Shown: piece by piece, positions 23,948 through 37,277 of the stretch | Layout of the letters: every line of letters starts with the position of its first letter | Numbering within the stretch: the stretch's first letter is position 1 | NCBI RefSeq assembly: GCF_001194135.2 | Contig: NC_068982.1 | Coordinates: 49,616,348 to 49,680,347 of the forward strand | DNA from: Octopus bimaculoides | Taxonomy: Eukaryota | Length of the DNA stretch: 64,000 nucleotides | Reading direction: 5' to 3' | Translations under genes and position numbers: made by a program | Notes under the pieces: model-generated | What the model saw: only the letters and a program-made list of their open reading frames with translations | What the model was told of the DNA's origin: nothing | Database searches by the model: none

Positions 23948-26482
23948 GCATACCTCACCCTAGATCATTAACTGGTTCCAGGAGACATGACTTAAGTCGA
24001 AAAATGACCTAAGTCAAATTAATTTGTCTCTAGGCTAGGCTAGGCCGAATTTACTTGTCTTTAGGCTAAACTGATAATAACCATTCCCAGTTCTGTACTT
24101 TATTTATGAATGTATTTGCAATAACACATGGTTAATAAAAACCTATTGTAAGCTTACAAACAAATAATTTTTACTTTTTAATACAGTACCGTAAAAAAAA
24201 AAGTAATCTATGAATGTAGTTTGCAATAAGACAAAGTAAAATAAAAGCTTTTATTAAACTTATAAAACAAAGTCAGTAATTATTATTTTGCAATACTAAA
24301 AAAAAAAAAATTATTTTAAATTTACCAATATGTACATACAATCTGGTGGTTTATATCGCAGATTTAGGTGGCTGTGGACCTTCAATATCAATCAGCTGAC
24401 TCTGGTTGTTCTTGTTGTTCGATGTGCTTAAAAAACCGGATGAGAGTTCGTTGAACTGTCTTCTTTTCCTCAAGGATTACATTAAAGAGCAAAAGCTTCA
24501 TGACAAGACCCCATAATCATGGAAAAAAGTTGAGCATTTGGATCCATATCCTTGATAATAAAAAAAACCTTTTTTGATATATGCAAATGCTTGCATTTTC
24601 TTAATGGTAAAGTGATGTGGTTCATGTTTGACTTCCTCTTCTTTATTTTGCTGCTCATGAAGCTCTATCAAATCCTCATTCATCAGGGGCTGTTTGTCTT
24701 TTTCAAATAAATCTGTGATACCCTCCTCCTCCAAATCCTTTTCCAGTTCTTTGCTCATAGTCACCAACGTTTTGTTGATGGCAACATTATCAAACCCATT
24801 ACAATCATTCACGAATTGCGGGCATAGCTTCTTCCATACACCATTCATAGCCGTATTCTGTACATTGTTCCAAGCTGCTGCTGTCTTCTGTACAGCCTAG
24901 TAGATATTGTATTTCTACTAAAAGTCACGAAGTGTGATGGACTCATCAAGATCAGTTGCAGCTATTGCTTGCCACAGTGTATGCTTCATAAAGTAACACT
25001 TGAAGATAGCAATTATTCTCTATCTATTGGCTGCAGAAAAGATGTGGTGTTCGGAGGGAGGTATACAACGGCAACGTTGGGGTCAAATTCTACAGTGTTT
25101 TGCGAGTGGCCTGCAGCATTATCTAAGATAAGTAAAACCTTAAAAGAATCCTCTTCTCCTTACAGTACTTCTCTGCTGCTGGGATAAAATGATTGAAGAA
25201 CCAATCTTCAAAAATAACAACAACAACCCATGCTTTTGAATTAGCCATCCATATAACAGGGAGAGATGACTTGGGTATGTTCTTCAGCACATGGAGGCTG
25301 TGTGCATGATACCCATGCATTGGCTTTAACTTAAAATCTCCTGCACAATTACCTCCCAACATAATGGTCACACGTTCTTTTGAGACCTTGCAGCCTGGAA
25401 TAGATTTCTCCTCCTTAGAAATGAACGAACGGTCTGGCAATTTTTTCCAATACAATTCAGTTTCATCTACATTAAAAATCTGTTCGGGAAGAACCCCGTT
25501 TTCTTCAATGATTTTTTTCTTTAATGCATTAGGAAATTCTGCTGCTGCTTGTTTGTCAGCTGATGCACTTTCACCTTGCTTCTTAATGGAGTGATAACTT
25601 CTTCGCTCCTAAATCTCATGAACCATCTTTGACTTGCCTTGAACTCTACATCTTTCTCAACTGGATATTTTTTCTTCAGGTCCTCAAACAAAGACAACAC
25701 TTTCTAGCGCACTGACAATTCAACCTAACAATCCAAACAGAAAGAAGACTTTTTATTTCTTCAAAGATTTTGCCTCTTTTTTTATTGATGACCGTGTTCT
25801 TCATCCCTGGGGCTTCAGATTTGATATGTGCTAAAATCTTGTCCTTATTATGTACAATTGTCGATACAGTTGTCTGACTCATCCCAAAAGATCGTGCAAT
25901 TGCGACCACTTTTTCATCTTTTTCATGGCGTTTTAGCATAGTCAGTTTATCTTCCAGCGTTATAGCATGACACTTAGCACTTTCACTATGAATTTTCTTA
26001 TGAGCCATGGGGGCAAAAAATAAAGTCACAAATGAATGAGAATGAGAAAGTAGCTGATAAACAGACATATACAAATCAAAATTCAAAACAATCACGGGAG
26101 TCACGAGTGACAACGAGGCCTAATGGTAGATATTCGAACTCCAGTGCAATATGAGCTCCAAAAGACAGATAAAATAAGACAACACAGCTGATGTCATGAT
26201 TTCATTCACTAAGCTACACTACTTTATGGTGTATATCTTAACATTTACAAAACGTATTTTAATATGATTTTATATGCTTTCATTCTTATTTATTGTACAG
26301 TAACATGATTTTATGAGCTTTTAATGGTTTTCTAGTGATTTTAGAATTCCAATATTTGTGGCGGACAGATGTAAAATCGAGTAAATTGACTTGACTTTAA
26401 TTTTTCCATATATTACTTTTAAGAACCGACATATAATTGAGAACAACTTAAATTGAAATAGACTTAAGTCGCGGTATGCCTG
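23948..26482 (-). mobile_element. Tigger/pogo-family DNA transposon, near full length
   Basis: Right end reads (rev-comp) TA|CAGGCATACC, like the Tigger1 terminus. Left end GCATACC at 23948-23954 is embedded in (TA)n. Subterminal GACTTAAGTC at 23989 and 26461. Internal transposase pseudogene. Confidence 0.85.
24388..26008 (-). pseudogene. Tigger1/TIGD1-like transposase, frameshifted (CENP-B-type HTH plus DDE_1)
   Basis: MAHKK...ITLEDKLTMLKRHEKDEKVVAIARSFGMSQTTVSTI; IFNVDETELYWKKLPDRSF; KERVTIMLGGNCAGDFKLKP; LLILDNAAGH-(32 aa)-QPID; VWKKLCPQF; TVQRTLIRFFK near the C-terminus. Confidence 0.93.
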
Positions 26483-26493
26483 TATATATATAG

Positions 26494-26611
26494 AGGTACA
26501 GGAGTGGCTGTGTGATAAGAAGTTTGCTTCCCAACCACATGGTTCTGGGTTCAGTCCCATTGCGTGGCACCTTGGGCAAGTGTTTTCTACTATAGCCTTG
26601 TGAGTGGATAT
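26494..26611 (+). mobile_element. Family A SINE 5' half with internal deletion
   Basis: GGTACAGGAGTGGCTGTGTG...CTATAGCCTTGTGAGTGGAT; AGGTACAGGA recurs at ~26613. Confidence 0.85.
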
Positions 26612-27072
26612 ATAGGTACAGGATGTCACTAATGTTGCAAATAACATGAAATACATAAACAAACGAGTTAAATATGTACAATGAGAAAAAAATGAAAAAC
26701 AGAACAAGTAAACACAGAGAAAGAACCCTTCATCAATTGTCGATTGTCTATCACCTCCTCGTTTCGAGCTTTCAACAACAATATGAGTCTTCAAAGACAG
26801 TTGCTCCCATGAATTCTAAAATAAAATTTAGGATTTATGGAGGGTCAAAGTTGGGAACAAAAACATGTTAGTGGAGACATACAAGGAAATCAAACAGAAA
26901 CACAGAAACAAACATGGAGAGCCATTCATTTGGCGCATTCAATGTACAGAAGATGCCAGCAGTAATCAACACTAACAATGATCACGTGAGATATTGAGTT
27001 CATCTCTTAGGACACTGCTTCATCACGTGACACTGTGTGACATCAAACATGTTTCAGGAAATGACGTTTTAT

Positions 27073-27116
27073 CATTAGGACAGAACAGTTTCTTAATTAG
27101 CATTCATCAGTCAATG
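27073..27116 (-). ncRNA. Degenerate type I hammerhead-like motif
   Basis: CAUUGA CUGAUGA AUGCUAAUUAA GAAAC UGUUCU GUC|CUAAUG. Canonical GUC triplet; stem I pairs CAUUG/UAAUG; stem II does not pair. Confidence 0.4.
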
Positions 27117-27190
27117 CTATGGCAGTCTGTTAATAAACAGGCTTCTATTTAGTATGTGTGCAATGTTTCTTTTGAGGTTCAGTTTATATA

Positions 27191-27238
<48 letters not shown>

Positions 27239-28654
27239 NNNNNNNNNNNNNNNNNNNNNNNNNNNNNNNNNNNNNNNNNNNNNNNNNNNNNNNNNNNNNN
27301 NNNNNNNNNNNNNNNNNNNNNNNNNNNNNNNNNNNNNNNNNNNNNNNNNNNNNNNNNNNNNNNNNNNNNNNNNNNNNNNNNNNNNNNNNNNNNNNNNNNN
27401 NNNNNNNNNNNNNNNNNNNNNNNNNNNNNNNNNNNNNNNNNNNNNNNNNNNNNNNNNNNNNNNNNNNNNNNNNNNNNNNNNNNNNNNNNNNNTATATATA
27501 TATGTATGTATATATATATATATATTTGGGTAATCAAATAATAAAAAAAAAAGTACCAAACACATCTAGAATATATTAATTCTTTCAAATCCAATGATTT
27601 AGGTAAAGTTCACAGTTTATACATGCAGGCACAAGAACATGTGCATACACACACACAAACCTTCCTCTTTCTGACATTACACAGGACTATGTATGTGCAG
27701 ACTTTACTCATAAGGTTAAGATCAGTTTCTGACCATATGGTTCTGGACCTGATCTTTCTAGACAGCAGCTTGAGTCGCTATCTTGACACTATGACATCAC
27801 CAAAACCTTGTGGACAAGCTTTAGTTACTACAAAACCTCATTATGTTTGCGTATATAAATGTATGGTTGCATGTGTGCATGTGTGTTAGCACACAATGAT
27901 GATAAATGGTTGCATCGAACAAAAAATACCCTGTGGTATTTAGTGAACCAAATTAAGTTCTTCTGCACTAAGGTGGATGCTACCATTAAATCGATAAAGT
28001 GATTACCAGACAAACTGTGATCAATATAATTGACTAAATCCTTGAAAGCAGTGAAAGAATAAATGAACACACACACAAACACACACATATATATACATAC
28101 ATACATACACAAACATGCATATTCACACAAATAAATATATATATATATTAACACACGTGTTAATACACTCACGTATACACATAAGTAAGTATATACACGG
28201 ATATACATATACACATACACATACACACACATATACAAGTATGTATGCATATACACATATAAACATACGCCCGCGTGTAAGTATACACATTCACATAAAT
28301 GTGCAGATGAATATGTAGACATATATATATATATGTACATATACATGCATGCACACACACATAGACATATATGTATATACAAACACATAGACACATACAT
28401 GCACACGTATATATATGTATATATACATACATATATATATGCACACAAATACAGATATATATATATATATATATAGGGATCTAGATTACAAGATCATATG
28501 TCAAATACAAGTTATTCAAATATGGTTCCTCAAATTCATGTGCATTAAGAGTTGTGGACACGATGTATATATCAAGTTATGTACAGTCTGGATTGTAATA
28601 TGTGAAAGTGTTTAGCTGCATGTAGGCATCTGGGTAATTGTTCAGTGAATTTAT

Positions 28655-28781
28655 TAATAAAGGCTTTGGCTGGCCCAGGGGCTATAGTAGAAAACACTTG
28701 CCCAAAAATACAGTACTGTGGGACTGAAACTAAAATCATGTGGTTGGGAAGCAAACTTCTTCCCACACTACCATGCCTGCA
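28655..28781 (-). mobile_element. Family A SINE 5' half
   Basis: AAGGCTTTGG...CTATAGTAGAAAACACTTGCCCAA...GGTTGGGAAGCAAACTTCTT. Confidence 0.85.
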
Positions 28782-30265
28782 CCTGTTGTTTTATTTCTAG
28801 GATTGCACTATCTACTAACATGCTTCACTGTTGGTGCAAAGTATCCAAAATTTGGGCCTTTCCATCCTGTAATCTAGTGTATATAGACTTTAAGACTTCC
28901 AGTCTATATTCTTTTTGCAAACTTCCTTCATTCTTTAGACCAAACCTGCAATTCTGCAACACTGTGCTTATCTCATTATTTCCACATCTGCCAAGTGAGT
29001 TAGATATTGGATTTAAGTCTCATACAGATAGCTTCAAAATATGATGAAAAAACTCTTTAGCTCTGCATGATGTCATCAGTTAACATGACACACATATAAA
29101 TTATGATTATGTTGGAGTAGAATTCCTTTAGTTTCCACCATGGTTCTTTACATAGCTTCTGCCATGGATCTTTAAACATAGTTCCATGCCAAATTGAACT
29201 ATTCTTTCCAGAGATATCAGTAGATTTGTGTATTTTTGTAAACCATTAACTCAAAGTTTCTTCTCGAATCTATTTCCATGAAAACTTGATTGGGGTCCTA
29301 GTAATTCCAATATTCTGTCAATGGCTTCTCTTTGAACTTTAATTCTGATTCAGGGTGAAAGAGAGATTAATTTTCTTTGTACAACTCATCAGCGAACGAC
29401 GCAGTCCATAACTCAAGATGGATAACTAACTGACATCTATCGCCAGAACTGGATAACAATCCATGAGGAGGTGAAAACACATAATTTGAATCAGAAACAC
29501 TTTGTAATCAGTTACATTTTATATCATGTTCCTCACACACACTGTTCTAATACAGATAAAGGAGACAAACAGTTCAGTATTGCAATCACTAGCTGCATCA
29601 ATTTGTCAAATGATATCAATACAGTTATACACCAAAATCCAAGATATATAATGGGCTGATTCTTTCACTCTCTGATTTGATGTTGCCATGGCCTATGTTA
29701 TTTCCTTGAATGGAAAATTTTCTATTCGATCACTCCCACCTTGGAAAGTTATCTTGATGGATTAAATTGGCACTAATCTCCTTTTGAAATCAATTTCGGA
29801 AAATCAATTTACTTGCTACCAATCATTAACTTTTCCATTTCCCATGATATATGTGGAATATTTCTATCATTTAACAAAAACATCACTGCTTGCTATACTG
29901 TATCACATCAAGTTAAAATCCCTTTCGACTTCTTTTTTGGTTTTTTTTTTTTATCAAGCTTTCAGATTTCAAATATATGAAATTTTTATTACTTCTTAAA
30001 GTGATATCTCTTCTAACTCAAAATTCGTCTTTCACATGTTTTCTTCACCAGTTTCTGTAAGTACATGCGTGTGAATGTGGATGTATACACTCACACACAA
30101 AGGAAATATGCATAGGAATATATATCATCATCATTTAGTAGCTGTTGTCTATATTGGCATGGGTGTGTGCCCAATTACTCATACGCAAGTGCTGGTTATT
30201 GCGTGGCAATCTCGCAATTGAGTGTTATATATGGGTGGGTGTAAAAAGTAGCTTATCTTTAATTC

Positions 30266-30658
30266 ATATGGCAAATAAGAAAATGGAGAGGATACAAAAA
30301 TGACATACATCAGCCGGTAGACATTCTAGTATGTCTATTTATTCCAAAGTATTAGAAAGTATTAGAAGAATACATACATATGTAATAACTATGTGTTACA
30401 CACACATGTACTAATATTACAGAAAAGAGCAAAATATCAGATTGTCAGAAGGTACTAAGTTCCTAACAGCCATAAGGAACTTAGTACCTGCTGACAATCT
30501 GATCTTTTGCTCTTTTCTGTAATATTAGTACATGTGTGTGTAACACATAATTATTACATATGTATGTATTTTTCTAATACTTTGGAATAAATAGACATAC
30601 TAAAATGTCTACCGGCTGATGTATGTCATTTTTGTATCCTCTAATTTTCTTATTTGCC

Positions 30659-30662
<4 letters not shown>
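30266..30662. repeat. ~400-bp fold-back palindrome (MITE-like)
   Basis: Arms 30266-30464 and 30475-30662 with a 10-nt loop; 7 substitutions plus a 1-bp indel and a 10-bp tandem duplication (AAAGTATTAG) in the left arm; TA on both flanks. Confidence 0.95.
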
Positions 30663-30697
<35 letters not shown>

Positions 30698-30833
30698 AAA
30701 TATCTATAAAACCATCAAATGCTTGTTTATTTTTATGCTTTTTGATTTATTATTAGTGTTGCTTAATATGTTTTGCAAATATTGCTGTTTCTTTTCAGAT
30801 GTCATAAGAAAAAGGTAATTACAATTCATTAAA

Positions 30834-31455
30834 ATGACAGATCTATCAGACTTTCAAAGAGGTCAGATTGTTGGTGCTTGTATGGCAGGCACTAGCATAA
30901 TGAAAACAGCTGAAACGTTTGGTGTATCAAGAAGGACCATCTTGAAAGTAATGACAGCCTTTGAGAAAGAGAGTAAAACCTCCTTGCTGAAAAAAAACTT
31001 TGGAAGAAAACCAAGACTTTCAGGTAGGGACTGTTGGACTCTTATGCAAATTGTTAGAAAGGATTACAAAAGTACAGCTCCCAAAATTACTGCAGAGTTT
31101 AATGACCACCTCGAGAATCCAGTTTCCACAAAAACTGTTCACCAGGAGCTGCAAAAAGCTGGATTTCATGGGAGGGCTGCAATCAGAAAACCACTACTTT
31201 AAAAAACAAATGTTGCAAAACGTTTAGAGTGGAGTAAAAAAACCTACAGAACTGGTCCCTAGAGCATTGGAAGAATGTTATTTTCTCAGATGAGTCATCC
31301 TTTACCTTATTTTCAACCACCAGCCAAGTATATGTGTGGAGACAGCCAAAAGAAGCATTTGACCCAGACTGCTTTCTTCCAACTGTTAAAAATGGAGGAG
31401 GATCAGTGATGATCGGGGAGGGGGGGCTATATCTTGGAAATCTGCTGGTCCAGAT
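30834..31455 (+). pseudogene. Tc1-like transposase remnant, copy 1 (N-terminal half, 3'-truncated)
   Basis: ORF MTDLSDFQRGQIVG...GRKPRLS...VSTKTVHQELQKAGFHGRAAIRKPLL, then after a frameshift KRLEWS...WKNVIFSDESSF...TVKNGGGSVMI. No 5' TIR seen. Confidence 0.92.
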
Positions 31456-31831
31456 TTCTCTATGATTCTTCACTTGATTGTTTTTGGTGAGCAGCTGGCC
31501 TTCAAACTCCACAAGTGGCTAGCAAACTTAGTGGATTTATTTTTGTCTATATATNNNNNNNNNNNNNNNNNNNNNNNNNNNNNNNNNNNNNNNNNNNNNN
31601 NNNNNNNNNNNNNNNNNNNNNNNNNNNNNNNNNNNNNNNNNNNNNNNNNNNNNNNNNNNNNNNNNNNNNNNNNNNNNNNNNNNNNNNNNNNNNNNNNNNN
31701 NNNNNNNNNNNNNNNNNNNNNNNNNNNNNNNNNNNNNNNNNNNNNNNNNNNNNNNNNNNNNNNNNNNNNNNNNNNNNNNNNNNNNNNNNNNNNNNNNNNN
31801 NNNNNNNNNNNNNNNNNNNNNNNNNNNNNNN

Positions 31832-31890
<59 letters not shown>

Positions 31891-32344
31891 GTATATATAT
31901 GTATATATATATATGTGTGTATATATATGTATATATATGTATATATATATACATACATACATACATACATACATACATACGTACATACACATGCACAAAC
32001 ACACACACTCACAAATGCAAAAGTATGCTGTTATCATGACTAGAATGATATTAAATATTAATCTTATATATCAAGAATGGACTGGGGTTAAACAACAACA
32101 AAAATAACAACTGTAAAAACAACACCAATGGAAAAGATACTTACGGCTTTCATCAAGTGGTATCTTGTAGAATTCAGCATCATATAATTCAATTCCATTT
32201 AATCCTACATAGTAAGGATCTCCCCATGTACTGAACAACTGCAGCTGATAAATAACTGAACATGATTTAAGGAATTATTATTTACAATACATAGCAATGT
32301 GTTTCATAAGGCCTAAGAATATATCTAAAATGATTATTTATTAA

Positions 32345-32576
32345 ATTTTATCGTTTACTTGTTTCAGTTATTGAACGGCAGCCCTTTTGTGGCCCCACTT
32401 TGAAAGTTTTAGTCAAAATAAATCGACCCTAGTACATGTTTTTAAGCCCGGTACTTATTCTATCAGTCTCTTTGGCTAAACTGCTAATTATGGGGACATA
32501 AGCAACCCAACACAGGTTGTCAATCTATAGCAGGTGACAAACAGAAATATAATGACACACACATAGTTATAGGTCG

Positions 32577-32612
<36 letters not shown>

Positions 32613-32930
32613 CCATCAAAAAATGTCTGTTTTCCATGTTGGCATGGGTTGGATGGTTTGACCAGAGCTGGCAAGCAGAAGAGCAGCACCAAGTTCCAGT
32701 CGGATTTGGTTTGGTTTCAATGGCTGGATGCCCTTTCTAACACCAACCAAACACACACACACACATATATATATATATAATAGGCTTTTTTAAGTTTCCA
32801 TCTAGCTAAACCACTCACAAGGCTTTGATTAGCTGGGAGCTATAGCAGAAAACACATGCTCAAGGTGCAGAGCAGTGGAACTGAACTCAAGACCATATAG
32901 TTGGGAATCAAGTTTCTCAACCGCACAGCT
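32345..32930 (-). mobile_element. Family A SINE with a family B copy (32577-32750) nested at its internal microsatellite
   Basis: A 3' half 32345-32560, then (CAT)n-led B reverse copy, then A 5' half 32770-32930. Confidence 0.8.
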
Positions 32931-33049
32931 ACATCAAATGGAGTTTGTTCTTATATTTAATGTCTGATATTTTTCCATGCTAGCATTTTTTGGATGTGGA
33001 GTTATTTGAGGCAGGATTTTTCAAGTAGATGCTCTTCCTGTCATCAACT

Positions 33050-33815
33050 CTTATCTTTTACTTGCTTGAGTCATTAGACTGTAGCCACGTGGAGGCACCA
33101 CCTTGTAGAATTTTAGCCAAATGAATCAACTCCAGTATTTATCTCTTTCTTTCTTTTTTAAGCCTGGTACTCATTCTATCAGTCTCTTTTGCCAAACCAC
33201 TAAGTTACAGAAATGTAAACAAACCAACAGCAGTTGTCAACTTTGCCTTTCATCCTTTTGGAGTCGATAAAATAAGTACCAGTGAAGTCAGCCTCTCCCG
33301 CCAAAATTACTGTCCTTGTGCCAAAATTTGAAACTCATATTAACAGTGCCTCATGTTGTTAGTCTTACAAATTTAGCTCGAAATGAAACACTTTGGAAAG
33401 TATTCAGCTAGAATCTTTAAACTTTTATCTTTTACTTGTTACAGTCACAGAATTGCCGCCAAGTTAGAGCACCATTTTGAAGGGTTTAATTGAATAAATC
33501 AACCCCAGTACCATTCTTTTTTTTTTTTTAAGTCAGATACTTATTCTATCAACCTCATTTGCTGAACTGCTATATTAGTAGGATGTAAGCAAACTAAAAC
33601 CAGTTGCCAACCAGCTGAGGGCAGTAGCCACACACAAAAACACACATACACATATACATGAAGCACTTCTACACAGTTTCTGTCAACCAAATTTACTGAT
33701 AAGGCCTTGGTCAGCCTAAGGCCTTAATAAAAGACGTTTGTCCAAAAGTACCACGCAGTGGAACTGAATCTCAGATCACATGGCTGCAAAGCAAGCTTCT
33801 TAACCACACAGCCAT
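33050..33815. mobile_element. SINE cluster: A(-) 3' half 33050-33235, C(+) 3' part 33236-33340, A(-) 33420-33815
   Basis: Family-diagnostic blocks in the stated orientations. Confidence 0.8.
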
Positions 33816-34256
33816 GATTGAAAATATTTTTAGACAGTTGAACACTATAACAGTGATGATCAAGACGATGATGGTGATGATAATGATAGTGATGATGATT
33901 ATTATGATAGCTTATCTCATAAATTAATGAAGTATCTAAAAAGATAGATCTGTATCAGAAAAAATATCTTATTACTTGTGAAGTTTATCAAACAAAACTC
34001 TTTGGCTAATTTGATAGATACACAAATCATAATCAAACAAATTTAAAATAATAAATTTTGATTTTATATATGAGAAAAATAAAATAACTGATTCTGCTTA
34101 ATCAAATATCTGAATTGGCAGAATAGATATTTATGGATACTGCCGCAAGTATTCTTCATTCTTCACTTAAAATCTTTTTCCCAAGCATCAATTTTTCAAT
34201 GAAGAGAAACTGGGACAGATCCAATAAATTATATTATCATTATTATTATTGTTATT

Positions 34257-34835
34257 GAGTGAGAGAGCAGTGCATGCCATCAAAGTGACACTGGGGTACA
34301 AATATACAAAACCCAATATACCCATCATCACTACTCATCTGATAAGGGTACATCAGACACATGCATCACAACCATATGTATGCAACACAATGATCTCCTA
34401 TCAAGATAAATAGTGCATAACCTTGTAGGTGGATCCCAGTCAGAATTTTCTTCGGGTCAAGTAGCCCATCCTGCTCAAAAGGTCCCTAAATAAGGGTTGT
34501 TTAAGGATGATGAACAAAATATCCATGTTTCCAGAGGTGAATTATTCAAACTCCAAAGAATTCCTCTCAACACATGGCTATAATGCTCCCCTACTACTTC
34601 TACTCATAATCAGAGATGCACATATTGTCAACCACCAAAGGACACGCTCAACTGGTTAAGGTCAAGCGACAAGCAAATCTTGGTATTGAGCAGAATATTT
34701 GCTGTAGCCCATCTTTTATAGCAAGACAAAACAATGTACATCCTAACACTTCCAGTCAGCTAAGATCAGAAGCCATGAGAGCCACTGCCTGGTACTGCAT
34801 CAGGGCATTTATTATTATTATTATTATTATTATTA
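34257..34835 (+). mobile_element. Family E dispersed repeat (~560 bp) with (ATT)n tail
   Basis: Homologous to 16447-16817; ends CTGCATCAGGGCATTT(ATT)n. Confidence 0.85.
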
Positions 34836-35276
34836 TGAGGTCGACTTTGCCTTTCATCCTTTCAGGGTCGATTAAAATAAGTACCAGTTATGCACTGGGG
34901 TCGATGTAATCAACTTACTCGTTCCCTCAAATTTCAGGTATGGGCTCAATGTAAATGCCTAACCCTCTCATGTAAAATTTTAGACCATGTGCCTATGGCA
35001 GAAAGGGTTATTATTATTATCATTATTATTATTATTAAATGAAGATGGCAAGCTGGCAGAATCGTTAGCATGCCAGGCAAATTGTTTAGTGGCATTTCAT
35101 CTGTTCTTACGTTCTGAGTTCAAATTCTGCTGTGGTTTACTTTGCCTTTCATCCTTTCAATGTAACTGGCACCCCTTTCAGGGCTGATGAAATAATTACC
35201 AATTACACACTGGAGTCAATGTAATTGACTAACCCTCTCCTCTACAATTTCAGGCCTTGTGCCTATAATAGAAAGG

Positions 35277-35309
<33 letters not shown>

Positions 35310-35310
35310 T
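34836..35310 (+). mobile_element. Tandem family C SINEs following the E tail
   Basis: GAGGTCGACTTTGCCTTTCATCC..., then an ATT run, then a full C copy at 35040-35280 and (ATT)n. Confidence 0.85.
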
Positions 35311-36234
35311 TGTGAATGAGAAGAGGAAGGGTAGTATTTCCAATCAACTGCAAATTGTCTAAGATTGAAAGAGGTAGTTACACTCAAACCTGCCCTGAAT
35401 GCTTGCAATTGAGTAGACTCCACTCAAGACACCTAAGGACCAGGTGATAGGCTTAAACAGGATGATGGATTAAGTCTACTGTTGAAGAACTATTACAATT
35501 AATCCAACATGTTTCTGCACAGTTATTTGGTCGATCCAGTTCCACTCCAAAGATTTCAGTCAACTGAAGGCTGTGGACAGAAAATGTTTGCTAAAGATGC
35601 CATGATGTGATATCAAACTTGAAGCCACTTGGTTGCAAACTGAATTTCTTAATCATATTATCATAATTGCACCTATAAGGTATCATATGCATAACACAAT
35701 ATTATTGTATCTGTTGAAAATATTACTTTCAAAGAACTCTTTGAAATCTCTCACAAAAGATTTCACTTAACAGACCTGTTCCTTTGAACACTGAAATTCT
35801 TGTTATAAAAATCCACATCACTCATACTGATGTTATCTATCAAACATTAATTTCAATTCTGAAAGAGAAATTAGTATCAGCCTATAGGCCACTATCTATG
35901 TCATCTGATTCAATTATACAATAAAAATCACCAAGTCTTCCCCCCAAATCACCCAAATTCGTTTTATTCACTGAATCTTATTAATCGCACTGAACTTATC
36001 TTCTTAATTATTGCATTGAATTCAATGAGATCATGGACTAGCAGAATCAGCAGAACAAAATGCATTGCATCACTTAGTTATGTCCCTTTATGTTCTGAGA
36101 TGAAATCTAGCCAAGGTCAACTGCTTTTCCCTCCTTCAAAGAGTTAAATGAAATAAGTACCCAACAAGTACTAGTGTTAATTTAACTGAGTGTTTCTCCA
36201 CTCATTTTTCCATTCTTATATCTGTATTAGAAAT

Positions 36235-36532
36235 CATTATCATCATTATTTAATATTTACTTATCCATGCTCACATGGGTCAGACAGAATTTGTTGAAGT
36301 GGACTCTCTAGTAAGATGCCCTTCCTGTCACCAACCTTAACCTGTTTTTAAGTGAGGTAATATTTCCCCATAGCAAGACATGTTTTCCAAAGATGATTGG
36401 AAATGAGTAACCTCATTTGCATGACAATGATGCTCACTTATAACCATCATACAATGTTTAGCAATGGTATGCACAAAGGCACACACACATACATACACAT
36501 ATACATACATAAATATGCAAACACATCTATAC

Positions 36533-36611
<79 letters not shown>

Positions 36612-36740
36612 ATGGGATTCTGTCAGTTTTTGTCTACCAATTCAACTTGCAAGGCTTTGGTTGGTCCAGGGCTATAGTAGAAGACACTTACTCAAGGTGC
36701 TTCATAGTGGGACTGAACAGAAGACCATATGGTTAGGGAG
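36235..36740 (-). mobile_element. Composite SINE: A-type 5' half + (CA)n + alternative 'G' tail ending in (GAT)n
   Basis: Reverse-complement layout of 37772-38242 and 50307-50760. Confidence 0.7.
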
Positions 36741-37095
36741 AAACCACAGATAAATCTATTAGAAATAATATTTGGAGATTTCAATGTAGGACATTTCTCT
36801 TAGTTTATTCAATCTATCCACACCAACCCAAATGTAAAAGGATATAAACATATACAAGATGCAAATATTTACTGCAAAGGATACATCCGCATGGCATAGC
36901 GACAGTTTCATAACACAAGCTGGACTGTTCTGACAAGAGGCACCTGTTTAAATAGAAAATAATAGGAGATTTATAATACATATAGCGATGGAAGAAATAC
37001 TTACAAAGAGAAATACACGACCTTTCATAGTCTTTTAAGCAGATTTCTAGGCAATGACAGAAAACTGTTCACATGTACCACCAAATATATACATA

Positions 37096-37277
37096 CAAAG
37101 GGGTACTGAAAAGTTCCGGGCTTTGGGAAAAGGAATATAATTTTATTCAACATATTCCACTTCTCAGATTCACACACTTCTTGCAGTGGTCCTTCAGTTT
37201 TTCTAAGCCCTGTAAAAGAACTCCAGCCAGGTCTTTCGTGACACCCTTAAAACCAGGAACTTTTCAGCATGCCCTCA
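37096..37277. mobile_element. Mariner-type MITE (~180 bp) with TA TSD
   Basis: TA|CAAAGGGGTACTGAAAAGTTCCGGGCTTT ... AAAACCAGGAACTTTTCAGCATGCCCTCA|TA. Confidence 0.8.

Noticed and set aside
24676-24690. CTGATGA on the minus strand as another hammerhead
   Set aside because: It is Tigger coding sequence (LMNEDL) with no stem II or GAAA.
28790-30060. Possible decayed LINE reverse transcriptase on the minus strand (SPLYIL, SFADEL words; CTGATGA at ~29392)
   Set aside because: Motif similarity is too weak and interrupted to call without a profile search; the hammerhead-like word lacks valid stems.
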